Positions 20,256 through 30,749 of a stretch of DNA of 64,000 bases are shown here, one piece after another. How positions within the stretch are numbered: the first letter of the stretch is position 1; every line of letters starts with the position of its first letter. The notes beneath the pieces were generated by a model. That model was not told the origin of the DNA. It searched no databases and worked only from the letters and a program-made list of their open reading frames with translations. Source of the DNA: a virus (Duplodnaviria > Caudoviricetes); the IMG/VR virus record IMGVR_UViG_3300010338_000575. One strand, written 5' to 3'. The translations under genes were made by a program, and so were the position numbers.

Positions 20256-21575
20256 TTATGTTTCTACAACACTTGTTAGACTTTTTATTATTTTTTTGAA
20301 ATTATCAATTTTTTCTTTCATTTTTTTTCTAATTATAGGTTCTAACATTTTTTTTAATTTAATAAAAACAAATGTAACAATAAAACCAACAACCAACAAT
20401 ATAATTTCCTTCACCATACATTTAATCATAATTTTCCATTTTTTTACATCATCCTTTGCTTTAGTTAGCATTGCTTGACCTTGATTTTGAAAACCATTCA
20501 TCACACCCATTAACATTCGTATTTGTGGTGCTGTTGTAACTGCTGTTATCATTTTAATTACAAGAGTATTTATTATTTTTTGTATAAAATTTTCTTGAAT
20601 CGCTTCTTTATTTTTATTAAAAACATCATCATTACTACTAACACTTGAATTTATAGCATCGTCAATAGCATTACTAACTACATTAGGATCGTCTGTATTG
20701 GTAATATCATTAATCATTTTATTGAAATCATCAATACTTAATTGTGTTTGTATTATACCACAACCCATATCATGATTAACAACACCATTTGATAGTTGAT
20801 TAGCCAACGTATCCAATTCATTCAATTCATTTGGTGATAGTTCAAAAGAATCATTACCATTCATTAAATTTTCTAACATTTTTTCTAATATCAATTCATC
20901 CAATATTTGTTCTTTTGTTTTTTCTTGTTCTTTTGATAGTGTTCCAAATATTCTATCCATAGTATTTGCAACAATCTCATCACTATTGATAAGTTGTGTA
21001 TCATCAATATAATTAGAAAAGAAATCACCAATATTTGTTGAACTACCATTGGATTTAATATTAAATCCATCTGTATTTGAATCGTATGTTATTTTTATAT
21101 TATTACATTCTACAGGTGTACCATTTGCAACAATAGCATCATGTGCTTTATAATCAAAATTATTAAAATTTGGTTGTCCGTATAATATTAGACCACCTTT
21201 ATTAACAGAATTTGGTTCTATTTTTAATTTACCATTAGTATCAATGCTATTTACAGGCATATTAATACCATTATTAGTAAATGTCGTTGGTAATTGTTCA
21301 TTCGCATTCGATTGTATAAATTGTTTTTTTAATCCCTTTTTTAAATTTGCTTCAGAACCTTTAATCATTTTAGTTAATAAACTACCAAGCAACATTTTCA
21401 CTGCAGCAGCACCTGCAATTGCTTTTAATGTATCCAATAAAAAAGGAATCGAATCTTTTGAATTATTAATAGACGACATACCATCTCTTTGAATTGGCAC
21501 ATTTCCCTGCCGATTCATAGAATTATATGCTTTAATATTATTAAGCACATTTCTTTTATCGTCCGCTCTACTCAT
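20256..21575 (-). CDS. hypothetical virion-associated protein
   Basis: 439-aa ORF in the late operon; hydrophobic segment near the C-terminus. Confidence 0.55.
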   Translation of the reverse strand: MSRADDKRNVLNNIKAYNSMNRQGNVPIQRDGMSSINNSKDSIPFLLDTLKAIAGAAAVKMLLGSLLTKMIKGSEANLKKGLKKQFIQSNANEQLPTTFTNNGINMPVNSIDTNGKLKIEPNSVNKGGLILYGQPNFNNFDYKAHDAIVANGTPVECNNIKITYDSNTDGFNIKSNGSSTNIGDFFSNYIDDTQLINSDEIVANTMDRIFGTLSKEQEKTKEQILDELILEKMLENLMNGNDSFELSPNELNELDTLANQLSNGVVNHDMGCGIIQTQLSIDDFNKMINDITNTDDPNVVSNAIDDAINSSVSSNDDVFNKNKEAIQENFIQKIINTLVIKMITAVTTAPQIRMLMGVMNGFQNQGQAMLTKAKDDVKKWKIMIKCMVKEIILLVVGFIVTFVFIKLKKMLEPIIRKKMKEKIDNFKKIIKSLTSVVET

Positions 21576-21946
21576 TGTATTTTACGTTTTTCTATTTCTT
21601 GAGCAACCATATTTAATAATTCATTTCTTCTTTCACTATCAACAATATCTTTTCCATCACCGTTTTTATTAGTTGTTGAATTTTCTTTATTGTCGTAAAC
21701 AACTTCTTTTAAATATTTCAATAACATTATTTTTTGGTCTTGATTTTTTGCTTCCGCAGCAATTAGTTTAACAATTTGATCACCAATTGCTGCAACTTCA
21801 CCATTTTCTTTAACCTTTGCTTCCCATTTTGTGAAAAGTCTTGCAATTTTTGCCCTAATATTATGTGAATCGTCATAGATTTCTTGAAGAAGATTATTTA
21901 CACTATCTTCATCAAATTTTAATTTTTTTCTTTGTGGTCTTGGCAT
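21572..21946 (-). CDS. hypothetical coiled-coil protein
   Basis: 124 aa; late motif at 21988-21995. Confidence 0.6.
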   Translation of the reverse strand: MPRPQRKKLKFDEDSVNNLLQEIYDDSHNIRAKIARLFTKWEAKVKENGEVAAIGDQIVKLIAAEAKNQDQKIMLLKYLKEVVYDNKENSTTNKNGDGKDIVDSERRNELLNMVAQEIEKRKIQ

Positions 21947-22027
21947 TGTTTCAATCTCTTTATAAATTTACATTAATTTTAGTACATATAAATACTAATT
22001 ATTAACATTTTAATAAACACAAAAAAA

Positions 22028-22900
22028 TTATAATAATTTCATTTTTTCAAAATAATAAATATCTCTATAAGGTTTAATTCCATGACGAATTTCTTTGGTT
22101 GTTAATCCTGTTTGTTCTTTTAAAAATAATAGTATTTTATTTTTTGCGAATTTATTTGTTATTTTTTTATCGAAATTTCCTTCAGGTGTTTCTTCTAAAA
22201 ACAATACTTGCCAATTCTTTAAAATATTAACAATTGCATCACCAACAATTATTTCATTTTTTTTTAATGTTAAATCTGTTTCTATTTTATTTTCGATATT
22301 GACAATAATAATATTAATCAACTCGTCTAAATAATTATGCGAATTGTTATCAATATGATATACATATTCATCCATTTCACTAATTTCATTAACACGATCA
22401 TCAAATGATAACATTGCTAATTTTTCCGTGTAGGTTCGTTTACTGTGATCCTTATAATAATTTCTTACAATTGTTTGACAATAACTAAACGCTTTAGAAT
22501 AAAAAATTCTATATTGAATGTTTTTATTTTTATCAATTAAGTTATTTAAATCATTTTTTGCATCAACAATATCCCAAAATCTATGTTCATTATCTAATTT
22601 AACCCATTTATTGGCGACACTATCATAATATTCTATAATATATGGTCTATATTTAACCATATGTTCAATCAAATGGGTTAATGCATTTGATTCAATTTCT
22701 GAGAATTCATAGTTACCAACATGTATTGGATATCTATGAAGTATAGATTGAATCATTTTTCGAAAAGGATTAAGCAGTATTTCGTTATATATTCTATTTT
22801 TTTCTTCCCACGAATTAGAATTTATATAATCAAAAACCGCTTTTTCCTCTCTTTCTGCAAAATATAACGATTTTTCATCATTTTTACGTTTCTCTTTCAT
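22028..22900 (-). CDS. phage sigma factor, probably for late transcription (gp55-like)
   Basis: 'YFAEREE.AV..Y', 'NRIYNE.L..PF.KM', region-2-like 'KAFSYCQTIVRNY', C-terminal HTH-like 'LKEQTGLTTKEI'. Confidence 0.6.
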   Translation of the reverse strand: MKEKRKNDEKSLYFAEREEKAVFDYINSNSWEEKNRIYNEILLNPFRKMIQSILHRYPIHVGNYEFSEIESNALTHLIEHMVKYRPYIIEYYDSVANKWVKLDNEHRFWDIVDAKNDLNNLIDKNKNIQYRIFYSKAFSYCQTIVRNYYKDHSKRTYTEKLAMLSFDDRVNEISEMDEYVYHIDNNSHNYLDELINIIIVNIENKIETDLTLKKNEIIVGDAIVNILKNWQVLFLEETPEGNFDKKITNKFAKNKILLFLKEQTGLTTKEIRHGIKPYRDIYYFEKMKLL

Positions 22901-22945
22901 TAACCATATAATAAATAAATTATATTATATTTCAAAAAACATTAT

Positions 22946-23752
22946 CTATTCATATATTACTGACATATCGATTGGTCTATCATTAGTATACACGTATTCT
23001 TTTATTGCAACATTATACCAAAATCTTCTTTCAACAAAATTCATTGTTTTCTTATAATTATCAAACAAACTATTTATACGTGTTGACCAATGTTTATATC
23101 CAATTTTTGGAATTGTATAAACTTTACATGCATTATTAATTGCTCTTAGTAAAAATTCATGCATGAATGTTAATTTAATGTTTGATTTATACCCACCAAT
23201 ATTAATAAATTCAGATTTTTTAAAAACAGCACCAGATAAATTAAAATCTGTAAATTGTTTTAAAATATCGTGATTTAAATAACCTAATTCACCGTTTTCA
23301 CCAATAACTTGTTGCGACCATGTTAATTCATTTGTTAGTTTAATTCCTTGATTATTATCATTAACTTCAACAATTATTGGTAAAAACACATCAATTTGTG
23401 GATATGTGTTAATATATCTATTTACCACATTAAAATAAACTTGACTATACTCATCATCAAATTCAAGAACAGAAAAATAATCAGTTGTTACATGATTTAC
23501 CGCAAAATTTACTTGACTTTGATAATCGGATGAACCAGTGTTTTTTAAGTAAGTTATTGATAATTTATTTGTTGTTTCTGGTAATTTAATATTTGTCATT
23601 AAACTATCATCAATATCAGCAGCATATACTATTATTACTTTAGGTAATTCATTAATATTTATTTGATTTGCAACTGACTCAATCGCCTTAACTAAATAAT
23701 CACGATATTCATCATTTATCTCGTGTATTGGTACTATTACTGTATTATTCAT
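22946..23752 (-). CDS. glycosyltransferase family 2
   Basis: 'VIVPIH', 'AIESVANQ', 'VLEFDDEY', 'F..IGGY'. Confidence 0.75.
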   Translation of the reverse strand: MNNTVIVPIHEINDEYRDYLVKAIESVANQININELPKVIIVYAADIDDSLMTNIKLPETTNKLSITYLKNTGSSDYQSQVNFAVNHVTTDYFSVLEFDDEYSQVYFNVVNRYINTYPQIDVFLPIIVEVNDNNQGIKLTNELTWSQQVIGENGELGYLNHDILKQFTDFNLSGAVFKKSEFINIGGYKSNIKLTFMHEFLLRAINNACKVYTIPKIGYKHWSTRINSLFDNYKKTMNFVERRFWYNVAIKEYVYTNDRPIDMSVIYE

Positions 23753-23775
23753 AATATTTACTTGTTTGTTTTATA

Positions 23776-24918
23776 TTATTCGTTATTATTATTATTTAAT
23801 GCAGATTCAAATAACATTTTTCTTTGATTAATGAAAGACGTATACAAATCAATCAACATTTTTTGACTTTCTTCTTGTGTGTATTTCGATGCAACCAAAT
23901 CCATTTCAGTGTATATCGATTGTTCAATATTATCATCCAAAAACTTTGTTATCAATTCACCAGTAATTATCGGTAAATCATAAAAATTATTAGTCCAAAT
24001 ACCAACATTATCTTTTATTTTAACTGGTTTGTTTTCTTCATTTCTTTCTATAATATATTCAGGCACAATATCAGGTAATAAACAAATTGGTATCACACCA
24101 GATTTCATACACTCAAGTGGAAATGTACCAAAATTTGAAATTCTGTCAATCCAAACTGCAGCAAAATTTTCACGTAATCTATTAGCAAAATCAATTCTTC
24201 TCATTTGCTGTGGGGGTTTACTCTTAGTTAACATTGGATCAAAACTAATCCAATTATAATGTGGGTATTTACTATAAAATAATTTAACAAATTTTGAAAT
24301 TTCATTAGGATTTCTTCCGATAATTGAAATTATTGGTTTTTGGGGTAAATCACTTTTTTTGAAATAATCAGGAATTCCTATATTATATGTATAAATATTA
24401 AATTTATTTACACCATAAAAATTCTCTAATGTTTCTTTTAGAATTTGTGATGTTGTAATTATATCACGAATATTAAATAAACTTAAATCAATACCCGGGA
24501 GTAATGAATTATACATATAATCCAACGATTGAACGAAAGCAATTTTATGACAGGGTAATGTTTTTACATGTTCCATGACATTAGTAAAAACCTCAGGTAT
24601 TATTATAAAATCTTCTGCACCAACATTTAAACCAGTGTTTGTCATTGGTAAATGTTTAAAATCAGTCAATTCCGTTTCAATCCAATCAGGAATTTTATAA
24701 CCATCATTCTCAACTAATATATAAACATCAAAACCCATACGCTTAACAACTGTTGCGTGAAAATATAACTCATATACGCTTGCAACAGGATTTTGTGATT
24801 CTGGAATACAGAATAAAAATTTTGATTTTTTATTATTAAGTTTATTTAATGATTCCATAACCATACTTAATTTTTCTGTATTCACATCATTTAAATTATT
24901 ATTTATAATTTCACTCAT
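23776..24918 (-). CDS. GT-B fold glycosyltransferase-like protein
   Basis: 'FGTFPLECMKSGVIPI' resembles the GT4 'FGLP.LEAM..G.P' motif. Confidence 0.6.
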   Translation of the reverse strand: MSEIINNNLNDVNTEKLSMVMESLNKLNNKKSKFLFCIPESQNPVASVYELYFHATVVKRMGFDVYILVENDGYKIPDWIETELTDFKHLPMTNTGLNVGAEDFIIIPEVFTNVMEHVKTLPCHKIAFVQSLDYMYNSLLPGIDLSLFNIRDIITTSQILKETLENFYGVNKFNIYTYNIGIPDYFKKSDLPQKPIISIIGRNPNEISKFVKLFYSKYPHYNWISFDPMLTKSKPPQQMRRIDFANRLRENFAAVWIDRISNFGTFPLECMKSGVIPICLLPDIVPEYIIERNEENKPVKIKDNVGIWTNNFYDLPIITGELITKFLDDNIEQSIYTEMDLVASKYTQEESQKMLIDLYTSFINQRKMLFESALNNNNNE

Positions 24919-24924
24919 ATTAAC

Positions 24925-25659
24925 CTATTTTTTATATTTAATTATTTTTTCAAATTGTGGATTATCAATAAGTTCTTTTATTTGTATAATTTCAAAAGAA
25001 CATTTTTTAATATTTTCATTATAAGGTCTATTAACTTTAATTAGTTTTTTACCCCAAGGTACACCCAATTCGAGTATTACTGGATCGGAAGTTATTAAAA
25101 CATCAATATCATTCCACATATCCATAGATTTATCAACAAATCTATAATTTTTAAATCGACAAGATATTTTACTCAAAAAAAATAGTGTTGGTGGTATTGT
25201 AAACCAATTTTCAACTGAAAGTACATGAAAATCTACACGTGATTCATATTTTTTAATTAATTTATTTATATCTAAATCAATATTTTTATACATTGCAGGT
25301 GCAGCACCATGTATTTCAAATAAAAAATCTTCATACATAAATCGATTATAAACTTCTTTAGCGTTTAATTTAACCTCTTGTTCTTTTTTAAATAAAAAGA
25401 CATCTGCAGGTGCTTCACCAGTTTTTTTATCCACCTCATAATAAATTGGGTTAATATCATCTGGTGTATCTTCAGGTTCTTTCAATTCTTTAATTTTTTC
25501 AACAATATCATTAAATTTATAATTGTTAAAAAAATCATACACATATGGATTATCGGGGACACCATCTTCGCCAAATTCTTGTACATAATACCTATCAAAT
25601 TGTAACCATTTGGCTCTTAATATTTCATCAATAGATATACCAACTTTAATCTTTCTCAT
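24925..25659 (-). CDS. 5'(3')-deoxyribonucleotidase-like HAD protein (possibly degenerate)
   Basis: 'VGISIDEILR' (first catalytic Asp missing), 'DVLITSDP', 'RPYN'. Confidence 0.45.
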   Translation of the reverse strand: MRKIKVGISIDEILRAKWLQFDRYYVQEFGEDGVPDNPYVYDFFNNYKFNDIVEKIKELKEPEDTPDDINPIYYEVDKKTGEAPADVFLFKKEQEVKLNAKEVYNRFMYEDFLFEIHGAAPAMYKNIDLDINKLIKKYESRVDFHVLSVENWFTIPPTLFFLSKISCRFKNYRFVDKSMDMWNDIDVLITSDPVILELGVPWGKKLIKVNRPYNENIKKCSFEIIQIKELIDNPQFEKIIKYKK

Positions 25660-25948
25660 TATTATCCTGTTCGTTATTAATTAAACTTATTTGATATTTT
25701 AATTCATCATTTAATTTTTTCATTAATTCAGTATGTTCTTTAACCAATTCACTATCAGTAATGTATTTAGGATTTATACATTCAACTCTAGAATCAACAG
25801 AATTGGTTGGTATTATTATAATTTCACCTTCAAATGTTTTGGGTATTATTTTACGTGCAATATTATGCACATAATATTCAATATCAACACTTCTGATATT
25901 AGCAACACCAACATATATTACAAGTATTTTACTTTCCATTATTTGCAA
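25646..25948 (-). CDS. hypothetical protein
   Basis: 100-aa ORF within the operon. Confidence 0.55.
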   Translation of the reverse strand: MQIMESKILVIYVGVANIRSVDIEYYVHNIARKIIPKTFEGEIIIIPTNSVDSRVECINPKYITDSELVKEHTELMKKLNDELKYQISLINNEQDNNEKD

Positions 25949-25955
25949 TTATTTT

Positions 25956-26753
25956 TTATGGTATTTTAAATAATTCATCATATTCTGATGATTTTTTTGA
26001 ATAAAATTCTTTATATTTATTCTCAATAACCGTAATAAGTGGATTTCTAATATTAGTATCAATATCTGACATTATTATTGTACCAATATTATCGACATTT
26101 TCAAACATTTTTACTAAAACATTAAGTGAACTATCTTCCTTATTTTTCATATCAATTTGATTGGTATCACCTAATAATATTAGTTTACAATTATTACCAA
26201 TTCTAGTTAATAATGTTCTTGAATTGTCAAGACTAACATTTTGTACTTCATCCGCAATAATAATACAATTATCAAGACTAGCACCTCTCATATACGCCAA
26301 AGGAAATGGTCTTATAATTTCATTCTCAATTAATGTTTTTAAAATATTGTTAGGTATTATTTTTTCAATATTTATGTAAAAACTCCACATAAACGGTTCT
26401 ATTTTTTCTTTCATATCTCCCTTTAAAAAACCAATTTCTTCACCCTTTAGTGTTGTTACAGATTTTACCAAATAAATCTTTTTATAAAAATTATTTGGTT
26501 TCCTAAGTAAACTTAACGCATATGCAATCGCTACAAACGTTTTACCAGTACCAGCAGGACCTGTACATATGGTTATTTCATTATTTTTTATTGAATTAAT
26601 TAATTTTTTTTGACTTTCATTTTTTGCAACTATTTTAATATCATTTGGTAATAATTTACTGATATCTTCTTTAAATTTATTTAATTCATTCGTAAAATTA
26701 TTAAAAACCAATTCTTCAAAATCAGTTTGTTCTCTATATCTATTTTTCGCCAT
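25956..26753 (-). CDS. phoH: PhoH family ATPase
   Basis: 'GPAGTGKT', 'IGFLKGD', 'PLAYMRG', 'IADEVQN', 'LTRIG', 'GDTNQID'. Confidence 0.95.
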   Translation of the reverse strand: MAKNRYREQTDFEELVFNNFTNELNKFKEDISKLLPNDIKIVAKNESQKKLINSIKNNEITICTGPAGTGKTFVAIAYALSLLRKPNNFYKKIYLVKSVTTLKGEEIGFLKGDMKEKIEPFMWSFYINIEKIIPNNILKTLIENEIIRPFPLAYMRGASLDNCIIIADEVQNVSLDNSRTLLTRIGNNCKLILLGDTNQIDMKNKEDSSLNVLVKMFENVDNIGTIIMSDIDTNIRNPLITVIENKYKEFYSKKSSEYDELFKIP

Positions 26754-26889
26754 AATTAAATTTAATTAAAAAATCATTTACAATTATTAATACGTTATTT
26801 TTTTAAAATATTTGAAAATTTTTATAATTTTTTTAAAAAAATAGTATTTATAGAAAAAATAATAATAATATATAATTTTTTATAAAATT

Positions 26890-27873
26890 ATGGATGCTCA
26901 GAATAACCAAAAAAATGAAAGTATTAGCGAATTATTAAAAAAATATAAAGAAAAATATGGTAATCACATTGGTGGTTTTGATGAACAAAAAAATCCAATA
27001 TTAAACAAACCAAATATTGATGATAATCAAATTAATTTGCAAGATAAAAATAATAATATCACAATCAACACTCAACAAATTATTAATAAAAATGATATAA
27101 ACGATATAAAATCGACAATACAAAAAGAAACCGATCCTGATTTGATGATAACATATGAATTAGTTAAATTACCATCAAAAGGATTATTTTATTCAAATAA
27201 ATTATCTGAACTTGCGGTTGAATATCTAACATCAAAAGATGAAGATATGTTAACAACACCAACTTTAATTGAAAGTGGTGCAGTTATTGACATGTTATTG
27301 AAAAGAAAAATAAAAACACCTAACGTGAAACCAGAAGATTTATTACCCGGTGACCGAAATGCAATTATTTTATTTTTACGAACATCAAGTTATGGTACTA
27401 ATTATACAGTACAAGTTACCGATCCTCGTAATAATACAACATTTAAAACTGTAGTTGATTTAACAAAATTAAAATATAAAGAACTTAAAGAATTACCTGA
27501 TGAATTTGGTCATTTTACTGTTGAATTACCAATGCGTAAAAAAATTGTAAAATTTAGACTATTAACAGCAGGTGAGGAAAATATGATATATAAAAAAGCA
27601 CAAGCATTGCAAGAAGCACACGGCGATGAATTTAACCAATATTCAACAATGAAATTGAAATCAAGTATTGTTGCTATTGGTGATAATACTGATAGATTAT
27701 ATATTGAAAAATTTGTTGATGCAATGCCTGCTTTAGATGCATATGCAATACGTAAAAAAATGTTAGAAGTAAGTCCTGACGTTGATATGACATACGAATT
27801 TGAAACAAAAGACCATTATAAATTTACATCAACTTTAATTATTGGATTAGATTTTTTTTTCCCAAGCATTTAG
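26890..27873 (+). CDS. baseplate hub/tail assembly chaperone (T4 gp26-like), G form
   Basis: 'VKLPSKGLFY', 'DEDMLT', 'DRNAIILFLR..SYG', ends 'DFFFP'; directly precedes the tape measure gene. Confidence 0.7.
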   Translation: MDAQNNQKNESISELLKKYKEKYGNHIGGFDEQKNPILNKPNIDDNQINLQDKNNNITINTQQIINKNDINDIKSTIQKETDPDLMITYELVKLPSKGLFYSNKLSELAVEYLTSKDEDMLTTPTLIESGAVIDMLLKRKIKTPNVKPEDLLPGDRNAIILFLRTSSYGTNYTVQVTDPRNNTTFKTVVDLTKLKYKELKELPDEFGHFTVELPMRKKIVKFRLLTAGEENMIYKKAQALQEAHGDEFNQYSTMKLKSSIVAIGDNTDRLYIEKFVDAMPALDAYAIRKKMLEVSPDVDMTYEFETKDHYKFTSTLIIGLDFFFPSI

Positions 27874-28067
27874 CGGGTGAATATAAAAAAATGGTAAATG
27901 ATGAAATTTATATTTTAACAAAACATGCAAGATTTAATGCCGAATATATTGAAAATATACCCGTATATAGAAGAAGGTATTATTTATATTTATTAGAAAA
28001 AGAAATTGAAGAAATTGAAAAATTAAAAGAAAAAGAAATGAAAAAAATTAAACAAAAACCGAGATAA
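27861..28067 (+). CDS. tail chaperone C-terminal extension (GT form/gp51-like) in the -1 frame
   Basis: Open -1 frame after the T9 tract at 27852-27860: PKHLAGEYKKMVNDEIYILTKHARFNAEYIENIPVYRRRYYL...KPR*. Confidence 0.7.
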   Translation, partial: PKHLAGEYKKMVNDEIYILTKHARFNAEYIENIPVYRRRYYLYLLEKEIEEIEKLKEKEMKKIKQKPR

Positions 28068-28086
28068 TTCAATTCTCGGTTTTTTT
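28055..28086 (+). terminator. intrinsic terminator
   Basis: AAAAACCGAGA...TCTCGGTTTTTTT. Confidence 0.7.
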
Positions 28087-28114
28087 GTATTTATATTTAA
28101 ACAAATAAATAATT

Positions 28115-30697
28115 ATGGCTAATACTGGTTCTAATAACAATAATAAAAGTAAATTAATGCAAGAATATCTTAATTCAATTAATGAATTACAACAAAAATA
28201 TAATGAATTAATTGATAAAGAAGGTGATATAAAAGATAAAATAGGATATCAACAAGAACTTTATAAAGAAAGACAAGAAGTAATTAATTTATTACAAGAA
28301 AACTATAATGATTTAACTAATGATCAAAAAGATAAACTAAACGATTTAGTTAGATTACAAGTTGAACAAAAAAAACAAATTATTGATACCGTTAATGAAC
28401 AAAAAAATATTAATAAACAACTACAAAATGAAATTGAATTTAGAAAAAAAATTGTAGATAGCGCAAGAGCATTAGGTGTTGCATTATTAAATATTCACAA
28501 AGAATTACAAGCACATGATAAAATCATTAGAACCACTATTCTTAATTTAGGTATGAGTGGTGTTAAGGCTGAAATGATTAGGTCAAGTTTTGAAAAAAGC
28601 GCAGGTTTTGCAGTTAGACTTGGTGGTAGTCTTTCAGATATACAGAATATAATGGAAGGTTTTGCTGATGAAACTGGAAGAGCAAGAGCATTATCAGAAA
28701 ATATGGTAAAAGATATCATGACAATCGGTAAAGGGACTGGATTAGGTGTTGAAAATGCTACAAAATTAGGTTCTCAATTTGAAATTATGGGAATTGATAC
28801 TAAAAAAACTTTAGAATATGTTCAAGGCGTTGTTGATACAAGTGAAAGAATGGGTGTAAATACAACTAAAGTATTAAAAAATGTATCAGATAATTTTAAA
28901 AAATTACAAACATATAATTTTCAGCAGGGTGTTAAGGGTTTTGCACAAATGGCAGAATTTGCTGAAAAATTTAAAATTAGTGTAAATGATGCTTTAAACG
29001 CTGCAGATACAGCAAGAACATTAGAAGGTGCTATTGATATGGTTGCACAACTACAAGTAATGGGTGGTGAATTTGCTAAATTAGATATGTTTGAAACATT
29101 ATATTTTGCACGTAATGACCCAGCAAAGTTACAAGAAAAAATTGCTGAACTAACTAAAGGTATAGTAACTTTAAGAAAAAATAGTGATGGTAGTTTTGAA
29201 AAATTTATAAGCCCAGCAGACCGTGATAGATTAAATCAAGTTGCAAAAGCATTGGGTATTTCAAAAGAAAATATGACTGAAATGGCACTACGTGCTTTTG
29301 ACATTAATAAAATGTCACAAGAACTTGCTGGTATGGGTTTAAGTGAACGTGAAAAACAATTAATACAAGGTGCTGCTGTTTTCAATTCAGAAACAGGTAA
29401 ATTTCAAGTAAAAATTGGTGAACATATGAGAGATATATCATCTTTAACAAAAGATGATATAAAACGATTTGAATCGGAAAAAAGTTCATTAGAAGAAAGA
29501 GCAAAACAAGCAATGACTTTTAATGAAACATTAAAATCAACAATCGAATCATTAAAAGTAGCATTACTTCCAATATTAAGAGGTGTTAACATATTACTTC
29601 AACCACTTATAAAAATTGCTGATGGTTTTAGTAAACTTGCTGATAGTGGTTGGGGTGGTGTTGCTACTGCAGCGGGAATATTACTTACTGCTGGTGGTGT
29701 ATGGAATAGGGTTACAAAGGGTTTAAATCAATCAATAAATAATTGGGCAACAAAAGTCGCTAATGAAAAAAGTGGTACTTTTTTTTCAAAAACGTTTAAT
29801 TTATTTAAGGGTAACAAAACTACAACAACATCACCAATAGGCGGTAATATACCAACTACAGGTACTGCACCAGCATCAACAACGTTTAGTGAAAGTGCTG
29901 GCGCAGGATTAAAATCATTAGGTACTGGTGCTGGTATTGGTGCTGCGTTAGCAGGTGCTGGTGCTGGTATCAATATTGCAGCACAGGGTATTAGTAAATT
30001 AGCAGATTCAATGAGTAAATTAACACCAGAACAAGCAAAATCATTACAATGGATTGCAACAACATTAGCAATAACATTTCCTGCTGCAGCAGTTGGAATT
30101 CTTTTAGTAGGAAAATCTGCTGAGGTAAGTGTTGTTGGATTATTAGCATTAGGTGGTGCAATTATGATGATTGGTGGTGGTATTGGTATTGCTGCTGCTG
30201 GTATTGGTTTAATGGGAAAAGGATTGGCTGAAATGTTTAATGCGGTTAAGGGTAGTGAAAATACATTCCTTAATGTTGCAAGTGGTATTGGTGTATTAGC
30301 ATTAACCCTTTCTACAGCAGGACTTAGTGCAATACCCGCAGCGTTGGGTTTATCATTTGCTATTGGTAGAATTGCAAAACATGCAGAATCTATAAATAAA
30401 GTAGGTGAAGCATTTAATAACATAAAAGCAGTAATGTCTGGTAGTAAAGAAGATTTTATTGCAGTCGAAAATGCGGTTAAATCAATATCAAGTTATAGTA
30501 GTAGTAATAATAATTCATTTGCTGAATTGATAAAATTATTAAAAGAACCAATATACGTTAAATTTAGTGATGATAAAATTGTTCTACAAAACGATATAAC
30601 ACTTGATATTGATGGTAATAAATTCATGAATAAAGTATATAACACAGTAATTGCTGTAGAAAAACAAAATTCAACGAGAAGTGGTAGATTTATATAA
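28115..30697 (+). CDS. tail tape measure protein
   Basis: 860 aa, coiled-coil N-terminus, Ala/Gly-rich hydrophobic C-terminal half; follows the frameshifting chaperone. Confidence 0.8.
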   Translation: MANTGSNNNNKSKLMQEYLNSINELQQKYNELIDKEGDIKDKIGYQQELYKERQEVINLLQENYNDLTNDQKDKLNDLVRLQVEQKKQIIDTVNEQKNINKQLQNEIEFRKKIVDSARALGVALLNIHKELQAHDKIIRTTILNLGMSGVKAEMIRSSFEKSAGFAVRLGGSLSDIQNIMEGFADETGRARALSENMVKDIMTIGKGTGLGVENATKLGSQFEIMGIDTKKTLEYVQGVVDTSERMGVNTTKVLKNVSDNFKKLQTYNFQQGVKGFAQMAEFAEKFKISVNDALNAADTARTLEGAIDMVAQLQVMGGEFAKLDMFETLYFARNDPAKLQEKIAELTKGIVTLRKNSDGSFEKFISPADRDRLNQVAKALGISKENMTEMALRAFDINKMSQELAGMGLSEREKQLIQGAAVFNSETGKFQVKIGEHMRDISSLTKDDIKRFESEKSSLEERAKQAMTFNETLKSTIESLKVALLPILRGVNILLQPLIKIADGFSKLADSGWGGVATAAGILLTAGGVWNRVTKGLNQSINNWATKVANEKSGTFFSKTFNLFKGNKTTTTSPIGGNIPTTGTAPASTTFSESAGAGLKSLGTGAGIGAALAGAGAGINIAAQGISKLADSMSKLTPEQAKSLQWIATTLAITFPAAAVGILLVGKSAEVSVVGLLALGGAIMMIGGGIGIAAAGIGLMGKGLAEMFNAVKGSENTFLNVASGIGVLALTLSTAGLSAIPAALGLSFAIGRIAKHAESINKVGEAFNNIKAVMSGSKEDFIAVENAVKSISSYSSSNNNSFAELIKLLKEPIYVKFSDDKIVLQNDITLDIDGNKFMNKVYNTVIAVEKQNSTRSGRFI

Positions 30698-30749
30698 TTT
30701 TTTTTTGAGGTCCTTATAAAAAATACTTGAAAAATTCAAAAATTTTTTG

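Noticed and set aside
25324-25335. Partial match to spacer 1 (AAAATCTTCATA)
   Set aside because: Only about 12 AT-rich nucleotides; expected by chance
29728-30423. 231-aa antisense ORF, and other antisense or nested ORFs in the track
   Set aside because: Shadows of the real genes on the opposite strand or in another frame
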